57,449 nucleotides of DNA. Source: a bacterium (GTDB taxonomy: Bacteria > SZUA-79 > Acidulodesulfobacterales > Acidulodesulfobacteraceae). Below, in pieces: positions 9,237 through 18,300 of this stretch. The position numbers and the translations under genes are program-made. The notes beneath the pieces were generated by a model. It had not been told where the DNA came from, made no database searches, and saw only the letters and a program-made list of their open reading frames with translations. The first letter of the stretch is position 1. The number at the start of each line of letters is the position of its first letter. The stretch covers positions 1-57,449 of the forward strand of contig JAJZJD010000001.1 of NCBI GenBank assembly GCA_021828445.1, read 5' to 3'.

Positions 9237-10595
9237 ATGAATCTCATTAAAAAATTAAAAAATTTTAAAATACCTTTGATATACGGCTGGTCTTTATTAG
9301 GCGGACTAATGCTGGTAATGTTTTCCTGGGTAAGCCCCGTATTTGCGGCTGCCTCGAAGATTCCTGCGTTTAACAGCGGAGATATAGCCTGGGTGCTTGC
9401 CTCGTCCGCATTGGTTTTAATAATGACGCCGGGACTTGGTTTTTATTACGGCGGCATGGTAAGAAGAAAAAACGTTTTAAATACGATTTCGCTTAGTTTT
9501 ATCGCTATTTGCACGGTAAGCATTATATGGATTCTATGGGGATATTCATTGGCATTCGGCCCCGATTCTTTTGGGGGAATAATAGGCAGTCTTAAATATA
9601 TAGGCTTATTTGCGATGAAGGAAACGCAGCATTCAAGATACGACGGCAAGATTCCTTCTTATATTTACGTTATGTTTCAGTTGATGTTTGCAATTATAAC
9701 CGTCGCTCTTGTCAGCGGTTCATTAGTTGAAAGAATTAAATTTTCTTCTTGGGTAATATTTACCATAGTATGGCTTACGGTTGTTTATGCTCCGGTTGCT
9801 CAAGCTGTATGGGGTATCGGAGGGTTGTTTAATAAAATGGGAGCGCTCGATTTTGCCGGCGGAACGGTAGTCCATATTAATTCCGGCGTCGCGGGTCTTG
9901 CAGGGGCATTAGTCCTTGGAAAAAGAAAAGGCTATATGAAAGAAAATATAGTTCAGCCCAATCAGTTAGGTTATACAATACTGGGAGGCGCTCTTTTATG
10001 GTTCGGATGGTTCGGATTTAACGCGGGAAGCGCCTTAGAGGCAAATCCTTTAGCAACGTCGGCATTTTTGGTGACAAATACCGCTACGGCAGCCGCCGCT
10101 ATAGGCTGGATGATAGCCGAATGGATCAGAAGCGGAAAACCGACGACTCTCGGTATGGTTTCCGGCGCCGTTGCCGGACTTGTAGCTATAACTCCCGCAT
10201 CGGGTTTCGTAAATCCGATAGATTCTATTATTATAGGTTTCGTAGCAGGGGTAATTTGTTATTCTATGGTAGTTTTCGTTAAACCGAAATTAGGCTACGA
10301 CGATGCACTCGATGCCTTTAACGTTCATGCGATAGGCGGTGCATGGGGAGCACTTGCAACCGGTTTGTTTGCCGACCCGCTGATTAATTCGGCAGGAAGA
10401 GGTTTGTTTTACGGCAATCCAGGTCAAATGTGGATTCAGCTGTTGACCGTAGTTTGCGTTGCGGCGTATTCGTTTACGATGAGTTATATAATCTTTAAAG
10501 TAATAGACAAAGTTATGGGCCTTCGCGTCGATAAAGAAACCGAGGCAATGGGTTTGGATATTACGCAGCATGACGAAGCGGGTTATAATTTCTAA
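9237..10595 (+). CDS. amtB: ammonium transporter
   Basis: Amt signatures DFAGGTVVHINSGVAGL and FGWFGFNAGS, multiple TM helices. ATG at 9237 follows AAGGAGG, so the longer ORF-track start is unlikely. Confidence 0.93.
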   Translation: MNLIKKLKNFKIPLIYGWSLLGGLMLVMFSWVSPVFAAASKIPAFNSGDIAWVLASSALVLIMTPGLGFYYGGMVRRKNVLNTISLSFIAICTVSIIWILWGYSLAFGPDSFGGIIGSLKYIGLFAMKETQHSRYDGKIPSYIYVMFQLMFAIITVALVSGSLVERIKFSSWVIFTIVWLTVVYAPVAQAVWGIGGLFNKMGALDFAGGTVVHINSGVAGLAGALVLGKRKGYMKENIVQPNQLGYTILGGALLWFGWFGFNAGSALEANPLATSAFLVTNTATAAAAIGWMIAEWIRSGKPTTLGMVSGAVAGLVAITPASGFVNPIDSIIIGFVAGVICYSMVVFVKPKLGYDDALDAFNVHAIGGAWGALATGLFADPLINSAGRGLFYGNPGQMWIQLLTVVCVAAYSFTMSYIIFKVIDKVMGLRVDKETEAMGLDITQHDEAGYNF

Positions 10596-10610
10596 TTATT
10601 AATATAAAAA

Positions 10611-10634
10611 CGGGACGAATTTAAATTCGTCCCG
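10611..10634. terminator. bidirectional intrinsic terminator between convergent amtB and gspE-like gene
   Basis: Perfect 24-nt palindrome CGGGACGAATTTAAATTCGTCCCG, flanked by an A-run upstream and a T-run downstream. Confidence 0.7.
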
Positions 10635-10676
10635 TTTTTATATATTTAATGTTTTTAAGTTTTTCCTTTCTATACT

Positions 10677-12470
10677 TCATACTTCCCTTTTATTGCTTTT
10701 AATATACGGCAATATTTCTTCCAAAGAAGTAACGCCGCTTAAAAATTTTTCTTTTGCAGAATCCGAAAGAGTTTTCATGCCGTTTTTTATTGCCGACTTT
10801 TCTATTTCGGATTCCGCCGCATTACCGTTTATCAGCTCTCTTATTTCATCGTTTATTTCAAGCATTTCGTATATCGGTATTCTGCCTTTATATCCGGTAT
10901 TATTGCATGTCGGACATCCTTTTGCTTTAGCTTTATAAAGTTTAAAATAATTATTTTTATTTTGCCGGTAATTATCGCTATCGGTGTATGCGGCGGATAT
11001 TCCGAGTTTTTTTACGGCAGATTCGTCAAGTTCTTCTTTGCATTCTAAACAGAGTTTTCTTATAAGCCTTTGCGCTATAATAAGGTTTAAACTCGATGAA
11101 ATTAAAAAAGGTTCGATATTCATATTAATTAATCTTGTTACGGTAGCCGAAGCATTGTTCGTATGAATAGTCGAAAGAACCAGATGCCCCGTCAGTGCAG
11201 CCTGAATGGCTATAGAAGACGTTTCGTAATCCCTGATTTCCCCTACCATAATTATATCAGGATCCTGTCTTAAGAAAGATCTGAGAACCTCGGCAAAATT
11301 TAAAGTTGCGCCGGTCTTAGAATTTTTAAGCGTTTCGTCTATCTGTATCTGATTTATCCCTGAAAAATCATATTCTATCGGATCTTCCGCCGTCGATATA
11401 TTTATAGATTCGTTTTTATTTAGTTCGCTTAATATGGAATAAAGCGTCGTAGTTTTTCCGGAACCGGTAGGACCGGTAACGAGTATCATGCCGAAAGGCT
11501 TATTTATTGCAGATTTTAGTATGTTTAAATGAGCCGGAGAAAACCCCACCCTGTTTATATCGAAAATCAGAGACGATTTATTCAATATCCTCATGACTAT
11601 TTTTTCGCCGAAAAGTGTCGGCGCCAAGGATACTCTTAAATCAATTTCTTGTCCGGAAACCGATGTAGAAATTCTTCCGTCCTGAGGAAATCGTTTTTCC
11701 GATATATCTAAATTAGGCTCGCACTTTATTTTTATCACGGATACTATATTCGATTTTGCGGTTGAAGAAATATTGGCATATCCGATAAGTTTCCCGTCTA
11801 TCCTGAATCTTATCCTTGAAAACTTTCTATAATTTTCTATATGTATATCGCTTGCTCCGCGTTCTACGGCATCGCTTATAACTTTATTTATGAATTTTTC
11901 TACCGCGCTTTCGCTGATTTTATCTTTTGTTATGTCGCTTATTTCGCTGTCTTCCGCAATCGTTTGCGCTGAATTTTCATCGTTTTTAAATTTGTCGAGC
12001 AGGAAAGAAGCGTTGTAGTATTTAGACATTGCGTTTATTATCTGCGAATAAGAGGATATCGAATATAATGCCGGAAATCCGGTAATAAATCCTATATCGT
12101 CGGCAACGTCCATTCTTGACGGATCGTATGCAGCTAAATAAAGGTTTCCGTTTTCTATTTTATAAGGTATAACGCGGCATTTTAAAGCTTTATCGGGCGG
12201 AATTATGTTGATAACATTTTTTGGAATATCTACGGCGTTTATATCGACGTATTCTATTTTATAAAATTTAGATAAAAAATCTACAAGTTCGTTTTCTTTT
12301 ATTTTGTTTTCGTCTATAAGAATTTTTAGAAAAGATTTGACAGGTAAATTCTCTTTTTTTAAAGCCGATTCTAAATCCGCTTTTTCTATTAAACCGTTAG
12401 ATACTAAAATTTCTCCGAGTTTCTGCTCTCCGGTATTTTTTTTGGGATAACAGTTTAAATTTGTATCCAT
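10677..12470 (-). CDS. GspE/PilB-family secretion ATPase (type II secretion / type IV pilus)
   Basis: Walker A GPTGSGKTTT, Asp/His boxes (MVGEIRD, LTGHLVLSTIHTN), a tetracysteine CLEC...CPTC motif and an N-terminal T2SSE_N-like domain (KLGEILVSNGLIEKADLESAL). Confidence 0.85.
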   Translation of the reverse strand: MDTNLNCYPKKNTGEQKLGEILVSNGLIEKADLESALKKENLPVKSFLKILIDENKIKENELVDFLSKFYKIEYVDINAVDIPKNVINIIPPDKALKCRVIPYKIENGNLYLAAYDPSRMDVADDIGFITGFPALYSISSYSQIINAMSKYYNASFLLDKFKNDENSAQTIAEDSEISDITKDKISESAVEKFINKVISDAVERGASDIHIENYRKFSRIRFRIDGKLIGYANISSTAKSNIVSVIKIKCEPNLDISEKRFPQDGRISTSVSGQEIDLRVSLAPTLFGEKIVMRILNKSSLIFDINRVGFSPAHLNILKSAINKPFGMILVTGPTGSGKTTTLYSILSELNKNESINISTAEDPIEYDFSGINQIQIDETLKNSKTGATLNFAEVLRSFLRQDPDIIMVGEIRDYETSSIAIQAALTGHLVLSTIHTNNASATVTRLINMNIEPFLISSSLNLIIAQRLIRKLCLECKEELDESAVKKLGISAAYTDSDNYRQNKNNYFKLYKAKAKGCPTCNNTGYKGRIPIYEMLEINDEIRELINGNAAESEIEKSAIKNGMKTLSDSAKEKFLSGVTSLEEILPYIKSNKREV

Positions 12471-12695
12471 TTTTATATCTTATATTATTTCGATATAATT
12501 AATAAATTTATAATATTTTAATCTTATATTATTAAAATTATAATATGCATTTAAATTAAAAAAAATTATATCATTTAAAAATATTATGGGCAACGTAATA
12601 ATTTAAACGCAATAATTAAATTGACATAAATTCTTTAAATTATATAATAATAAATAATAGTATAATTTGTTATATAAAAAATTAGGAGATACTTT

Positions 12696-14093
12696 ATGTC
12701 TAAACTGCTCGACGTAAAAATTATTCCGCATAGAAGTTACCTAATGGCAGATACACCGGATCAAAAACTTTTTATAGAGTTAAAGCTTCAGGCAAACCGG
12801 AAGACCGATTTTAAACCTAATTTATCTATAGCGTTTATAATAGATACTTCTGGGTCTATGAGGGAGATTGTTGCCGGTTCTCCGGTAAATACGGGGAAAA
12901 TGCAGACTATGGACGGCAGTACTTATAATATAGTAGCCGGAGGCGATTCTAAAATAGGAATTTTAATCGACGGACTGAAAAAATTTGTCGATTCGGCGAA
13001 ATTGAAAAATACCGACAGGGTAAGCCTTATTAAATTTGACGATAAAGCGGATGTTTTATTGCCTTTCGTTAATATAGAGAGTAAAAATAAGGATTTAATA
13101 TTGAATGCAATAGACAGTCTTATAAATTACAGCGGCGGCACGTCAATGGGCGCGGGAATGAAAGAGGCTTTAAATTTAATGTCTAAAGAAACCGGAAACA
13201 GAAAGATTATACTGCTCACCGACGGACAGACCTCCGACGAGGATTTGGTAAAAGAAATGTCGCTGGAACTGGCAAAATTAAATATACCGTTAATAGCCGT
13301 AGGAATCGGCGAAGACTGGAACGAAAATCTTATTTCTTTTATTACCGATAAAACGCAAGGCAAACCTTATTATGCTTCGGTTAACGGCGAAGACGATGCA
13401 TCGGGAATAATTATAAAACCGTCGGATATACCGGGCATTATGATAAAAGAATTAGAACATGCGGTTAATGAAACTCTATCCGGTGTATCTCTTGCGTTAA
13501 ATACGGTAAAAGACGTCGCTATAGACAGGATAACGAAAGTTTATCCAGAAGTTTCCGAGGTCGATATAAATATAAAACCTCATTTTCTCGGCAGTATAAA
13601 TCCCGAAGGAAACAGCGTTTTTATAATAGAATCTACTTTGCCTGAACGCAAACCCCTCAAATCCCGTCTTATGCAGCTAAGTTTAACTTACGATATGCCG
13701 GATGGAAATTACCGCGGAGAAAATCCTCCCGAAGACGTTATAGTCGAGTTTACTATGGACGAATCCAAGGCATCGGTTGTTAATAACGAAGTAATGCAGT
13801 GGGTTCAGCAAAGAAATGTAGGCAGTTTATTGGAAAAAGCAATAAAAGAAGCCGGCGAGGATCCTTCCAACGCCTCTAAAACTTTAGATATGGCAAAGCG
13901 TATGACAGTTAAGCTCGGCAATAGCGCTATGACGAAAATAATAGAGAGGGCGCAGGATGAAATAAAAGAAAATAAAACTATAAGCATCGGTACGTCGAAA
14001 ACTTTAAGGATAGGTTCAAAAACAAAAACAATAAAAATTAGTCCGGAAAGCGAACTTTCCGACGAGCAGATTAGAAAACTTGCCGGAATTTAA
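12696..14093 (+). CDS. von Willebrand factor A (vWA) domain protein
   Basis: MIDAS motif IAFIIDTSGSM, plus later GGTSMG and LLTDGQTSD. About 230-aa C-terminal extension of unknown fold. Confidence 0.8.
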   Translation: MSKLLDVKIIPHRSYLMADTPDQKLFIELKLQANRKTDFKPNLSIAFIIDTSGSMREIVAGSPVNTGKMQTMDGSTYNIVAGGDSKIGILIDGLKKFVDSAKLKNTDRVSLIKFDDKADVLLPFVNIESKNKDLILNAIDSLINYSGGTSMGAGMKEALNLMSKETGNRKIILLTDGQTSDEDLVKEMSLELAKLNIPLIAVGIGEDWNENLISFITDKTQGKPYYASVNGEDDASGIIIKPSDIPGIMIKELEHAVNETLSGVSLALNTVKDVAIDRITKVYPEVSEVDINIKPHFLGSINPEGNSVFIIESTLPERKPLKSRLMQLSLTYDMPDGNYRGENPPEDVIVEFTMDESKASVVNNEVMQWVQQRNVGSLLEKAIKEAGEDPSNASKTLDMAKRMTVKLGNSAMTKIIERAQDEIKENKTISIGTSKTLRIGSKTKTIKISPESELSDEQIRKLAGI

Positions 14094-14160
14094 TTAATTA
14101 ACTTTAACCGTCTGAGCTTTAATTTTTATAAAAATCTAAGAATAATACCAGGAGGATGAA

Positions 14161-14361
14161 ATGAAAATATGTCCGGTATGTAAAAAAAAGTTTACGGACG
14201 ATAAGAAATTTTGTAATATAGACGGTTCCGAATTAATAGATTTTGAAATGCCGGAAGAAAATTTAAGCTTAAACAAACCTTCAATTAATAATATTGAAAG
14301 CTCAAATGAAAACCTATCCGGCGCCGCCGGTAATTTACCTGAAAATATAGAAAAACCGTAA
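14161..14361 (+). CDS. small zinc-ribbon protein
   Basis: CPVC-x11-CNIDG ribbon at the N-terminus. GGAGG RBS. The stop codon abuts the ATG of the FHA gene. Confidence 0.5.
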   Translation: MKICPVCKKKFTDDKKFCNIDGSELIDFEMPEENLSLNKPSINNIESSNENLSGAAGNLPENIEKP

Positions 14362-14715
14362 ATGATTGCGGATTTTAAACCTGCGCGTTTAACATTTAAA
14401 ATAGGCGGCAGTTTAACGGATAAATCTTTTGATTTAAAATCTGATTATTTGATTGCAGGCAGGTTCGATTCGTCTGCCGGTCCAATAGATATCGATTTGT
14501 CCGGATTTTCCGGAGACGAGCACATATCGAGGAAACATGCGAAATTTACTTTTGAAAACGGCAAATGGTTTGTTTCAGACGCAGGTTCCACAAACGGCGT
14601 TTTTGTAAAATCTGCTTCAGCTAACGAATTTTCGTCAAGAATTACCGGACCGGTCGAATTAAATAACGGGGACGAAGTATCGTTAGGCAATATGCTTTTT
14701 ATGTTTAACGTCTAA
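14362..14715 (+). CDS. FHA domain protein
   Basis: GR...ISRKHAKFTFENGKWFVSDAGSTNGVFV...GDEVSLG is the canonical FHA core (Arg, Ser-x-x-His, Asn-Gly). Confidence 0.85.
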   Translation: MIADFKPARLTFKIGGSLTDKSFDLKSDYLIAGRFDSSAGPIDIDLSGFSGDEHISRKHAKFTFENGKWFVSDAGSTNGVFVKSASANEFSSRITGPVELNNGDEVSLGNMLFMFNV

Positions 14716-14790
14716 ATAAATATATTAAATTATTTAACGTCTATTTATACATATTATTATATATATAACGCATAAACCGGCAGTGATTTA

Positions 14791-16419
14791 ATGCATAAAG
14801 AAAAACTTGAAGAAAAAATATATTCGGAACCTTCCGAAACGCAGCTTTTAAAAGAAGGCGATATAATAAACGCCGGCGGCATTGAATTAAAAATCGAAGG
14901 TCCTTTTATACAAGGATGGCATTCGGCTAAAAATAATGCGGGAGAACCGGTTTTGTATTACAGGGGTAATTGCGGTTTATGGAAAGACGTTCTTGGATGT
15001 TCCGCCCTGCCCGATATTTTGCTTTGTACGGATAATGAAATAATAATTTCGGCGCATAACGAATATACAAAATACGAATTTAAAATTCCTTCTTCAAAAA
15101 AAGAAACCGGACTAATAGTAAAATATATTTCCGATTTAGCTGAAATTATCAAGTTTTTTAACGGACAGGGAATATCTGTGCTATATATCAATCCCGATTC
15201 TTTATATGTTTGCGGCGATAAAATTAAATTGAATATACTGCCCGATTTATCGGAAATCGGAAAAAAAATGTTTTCACCGAGAGATTTCGTCGCCCCTGAA
15301 GTTTTAATGCATGATATCGCAACCGGAAAAGAAGGAGTTTACGTACTGGGTCTTATTGCTTACAAGTTTTTAACGGGAGATAATATAAATACTTACAATA
15401 TCGATGTTTCAAATTATATTAACGATATAAAAATACCGGGTTTCCCCCAATTTTTATCCAGAACGCTTTCAAGGCGGGAAGAGAGATTTAATATCGATGA
15501 AGCAATAGGTTATTTAAAAAATATTAACGAAGAAAGAAAAGCGGCGGTAAGATTCGATATAGGAATATCTTCGTCCGTAGGCTTAAATCCGGATAGGCTT
15601 GTAGATGAAGATGCCTGCGGTTACTTTATCGAAAACAATATAAATTTTAGCGAAAAAAACGTCGTGCTAAAAGCATGCCTTGCGGATGGGATGGGCGGAA
15701 TGGCGGCTGGAGAATATGCAAGCAAGGCTGCCGTTAAAGGTTTTTTGAAAAATTCAGAAAACGGCGAAAATTTTTCTAAAGACCTTAACGATCTAGTAAT
15801 GGATTCGGCATGGCAGGCAAATAAAAGCGTATTCGACGAGCTTCGAGGAAAAGACGGCGGCTGTACTTTTATAGGCATTATTTTTAAAAACGAGACGTTT
15901 GCTTTGGCTCATGTCGGGGATTCAAGGGCTTATCTCTGGGTTAATTCGGAATCGGAAGATAAATTAAAAAGGCTGACAAAAGATCATTCTTATGTTTCGC
16001 TTATGGTATCAAGCGGCAATATGTCCGAAGAAGAAGCAAGAATAAGCCCGGACAGAAATAAAATTTTAAAATCCTTGGGAATAGTAAGGAACAGACAGAA
16101 CGAATATTTTGACGATTTACAAAAAACTATAGGAAAAAAAACGGAAGATTTAAATATAGGCGATATTATTCTAATAGTATGCGACGGGATATGGTCGGAG
16201 TTGGAAGAGATAGATATCATGAAGATTTTAAGCAATTCATCCTGCGGCATTGAATACTCTGAAGCTAAAGACGCGGAAGCAAAAGACGACGACTGCGCCG
16301 TTTGCGGCACTATAAATAAATTCGGCGCTCAATATATAGCCGATACGCTTGTTTCTTTCGCAATAGAAAAAGGGGCTCCCGATAATGCGACGGCTCTTGT
16401 TATTAAGCGTATTTCATAG
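14791..16419 (+). CDS. degenerate protein-kinase-like domain fused to a PP2C-family Ser/Thr phosphatase
   Basis: C-terminal half carries PP2C motifs ADGMGGMAAGEYAS, HVGDSRAYL, VCDGIW and DNATALVI. The N-terminal half keeps a kinase C-lobe-like APE segment (DFVAPEV...GLIAYKFLTG) but has INPDSL instead of HRD-K-x-x-N and no DFG. Confidence 0.75.
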   Translation: MHKEKLEEKIYSEPSETQLLKEGDIINAGGIELKIEGPFIQGWHSAKNNAGEPVLYYRGNCGLWKDVLGCSALPDILLCTDNEIIISAHNEYTKYEFKIPSSKKETGLIVKYISDLAEIIKFFNGQGISVLYINPDSLYVCGDKIKLNILPDLSEIGKKMFSPRDFVAPEVLMHDIATGKEGVYVLGLIAYKFLTGDNINTYNIDVSNYINDIKIPGFPQFLSRTLSRREERFNIDEAIGYLKNINEERKAAVRFDIGISSSVGLNPDRLVDEDACGYFIENNINFSEKNVVLKACLADGMGGMAAGEYASKAAVKGFLKNSENGENFSKDLNDLVMDSAWQANKSVFDELRGKDGGCTFIGIIFKNETFALAHVGDSRAYLWVNSESEDKLKRLTKDHSYVSLMVSSGNMSEEEARISPDRNKILKSLGIVRNRQNEYFDDLQKTIGKKTEDLNIGDIILIVCDGIWSELEEIDIMKILSNSSCGIEYSEAKDAEAKDDDCAVCGTINKFGAQYIADTLVSFAIEKGAPDNATALVIKRIS

Positions 16420-16530
16420 TTTCGTCTTAATGCTGCCGTTTCTTTTATATCTTTTTATATTATTAATTTAATCGGGTTACGATATTAAAATTAAGATAAA
16501 AAAACAAAATTAAAACAAAATTAATTTAAT

Positions 16531-18258
16531 ATGACGGATTGTCCTTATTGTTCCTCTCCTATACCTGATAATGCAGTAAAATGTCCGGTTTGCGGAGGAG
16601 ATATATCTGACGCTTTAGGAGAAAGCTCTTCCTGTACTCCGCTCGATAACGGGAGTATTGTTTTTTTAAAATATAAAATAGAAAAAGTCTTAGGGCAGGG
16701 CGGTTTCGGAATAACATATCTTGCTTATGACGAAAAGTTAGAAAGAAAAGTTGCGATAAAAGAATATTTTCCCGACGGTATTGCCGTCAGAACAGGAAGC
16801 AAAGTTACAATTCCGCCAACCCGCGACAACGAAGAAAATATAGAAAATTTTAAAAATGAAGCAAAATCTATAGCAAAATTAAAGAATCCATGGATAGTCG
16901 ATGTTTACGACGTAATCGAAGAAAACGGCACCGTTTATATCGTCATGGAATACATCGAAGGAACGCCCCTGTCCTCTCTTTTAGGGAAAATAAAAGAAAA
17001 TGAAGCCGTTAAATATATAAAACAGATTGTCAAAGCAGTAGGAATAATACATTCCGCCGGCATGCTGCATCAAGATATAAAGCCGGAAAATATTATATTA
17101 AAAAACGGCGAAGAAATTAAAATTATAGATTTTGGTTCTTCCAGAGTATTTACGGCGGATAAAACTAAAACTTACGAAAAAATTTTAACGCCGGGCTATG
17201 CTCCTTTAGAGCAATACGGAGGCAAAGGTAAAAGAGGCGAATATACCGATGTTTATGCAATATGCGCTACACTATACGCTCTTTTAAAAGGATTTCCTCC
17301 TCCGGAAGCTACCGAATTAGCCGGAGGAATAGGCATAGATTTTACGGGAATAAGCGTCGGATTAAAAGATATTTTGAATAAAGGACTAACGGTAAAAATA
17401 CCGGAAAGGATAAAAAATACGGAGGAATTGCTTAAACTTTTAGGCGAATTAGAAAAGCCCGAAGTTTTTGCCGCCGACGAAGGAAATATATCCGAAATTA
17501 AAAATTCGAGCGGTGCCTCCTCCGTCAAATTTAACCAAAGAGAAAATAAGCAGGCAATTACGTTCGGACGACCGGGCGATGCTATCGCCGGAAATATCGG
17601 AGCGGATAAAGCAGAAATACCAAATCCCCCCGGAGTTAAAAACAATATAAATTCAAATTCAAACTATAATTATAATTCGAAAAATACAATAAATTTAATT
17701 ATTGCCGCCGCCGCAATAATACTTCCCTTATTTCTTTTAATTGCGGCAGGTTATTTTTTTTATTTTAGAGATTTTTTCCTTAAAAAAAATATAACCGCCA
17801 ATTCCGGAAATGCGGCAGTTTCAAAAAAAACATTAAACTTAAAACCGTTCTCTAAAAATAATAACAAAAACATTAAAAACAAAAATATTAATAATACTCA
17901 TGTGCAGCAGCCTGCGTTAAATCAAAATACGGCCGCCCGCCATATTACATATCATCGCCGTTACCGCAAACCGGCATTCAGCCCTGCTCCCGCACCCCAA
18001 TTTCAGCCGCAATCCCATACTTCCGTATTTACCGGTCCGGGCTATGAAGATTTCAATATGTCGGGATGTTTTTACTGCCACGTTATATTCGGCAAAGGGA
18101 AACAGGGCGGTTACAGCCTTTCCCATATCGGTTCGCAGTTAAGTTATGCGCAGATAGAAAATCAGATTACGCATCCAAGTTCTTCTATGCCGCCTAACCC
18201 AAATATGCCTGCAGAAGAAGTCGCGCAGATTGCGGGCTGGTTAGAAAGTTTAAAATAA
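16531..18258 (+). CDS. Ser/Thr protein kinase with N-terminal zinc ribbon, one TM helix and a C-terminal extracytoplasmic cytochrome c (CXXCH) domain
   Basis: CPYC-x11-CPVC ribbon. Kinase motifs GQGGFGITY, VAIKE, HQDIKPENI, DFGSS, GYAPLE. TM helix LIIAAAAIILPLFLLIAAGYFFYF. CFYCH at nt 18067-18081, followed by SSMPPNP and an amphipathic C-terminal helix as in class I c-type cytochromes. Confidence 0.8.
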   Translation: MTDCPYCSSPIPDNAVKCPVCGGDISDALGESSSCTPLDNGSIVFLKYKIEKVLGQGGFGITYLAYDEKLERKVAIKEYFPDGIAVRTGSKVTIPPTRDNEENIENFKNEAKSIAKLKNPWIVDVYDVIEENGTVYIVMEYIEGTPLSSLLGKIKENEAVKYIKQIVKAVGIIHSAGMLHQDIKPENIILKNGEEIKIIDFGSSRVFTADKTKTYEKILTPGYAPLEQYGGKGKRGEYTDVYAICATLYALLKGFPPPEATELAGGIGIDFTGISVGLKDILNKGLTVKIPERIKNTEELLKLLGELEKPEVFAADEGNISEIKNSSGASSVKFNQRENKQAITFGRPGDAIAGNIGADKAEIPNPPGVKNNINSNSNYNYNSKNTINLIIAAAAIILPLFLLIAAGYFFYFRDFFLKKNITANSGNAAVSKKTLNLKPFSKNNNKNIKNKNINNTHVQQPALNQNTAARHITYHRRYRKPAFSPAPAPQFQPQSHTSVFTGPGYEDFNMSGCFYCHVIFGKGKQGGYSLSHIGSQLSYAQIENQITHPSSSMPPNPNMPAEEVAQIAGWLESLK

Positions 18259-18300
18259 AACAATCAAACAAATTATAAATCTAAAATAAGGAGCTAAAAA

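Noticed and set aside
14359-14364. The zinc-ribbon and FHA ORFs are in the same frame, separated only by TAA. I considered a nonsense-split fusion gene or programmed read-through.
   Set aside because: A stop directly abutting an ATG is necessarily in frame. The FHA ORF has its own ATG, and TAA is the common stop codon here. Simple translational coupling explains it, although a former fusion cannot be excluded without homolog comparison.
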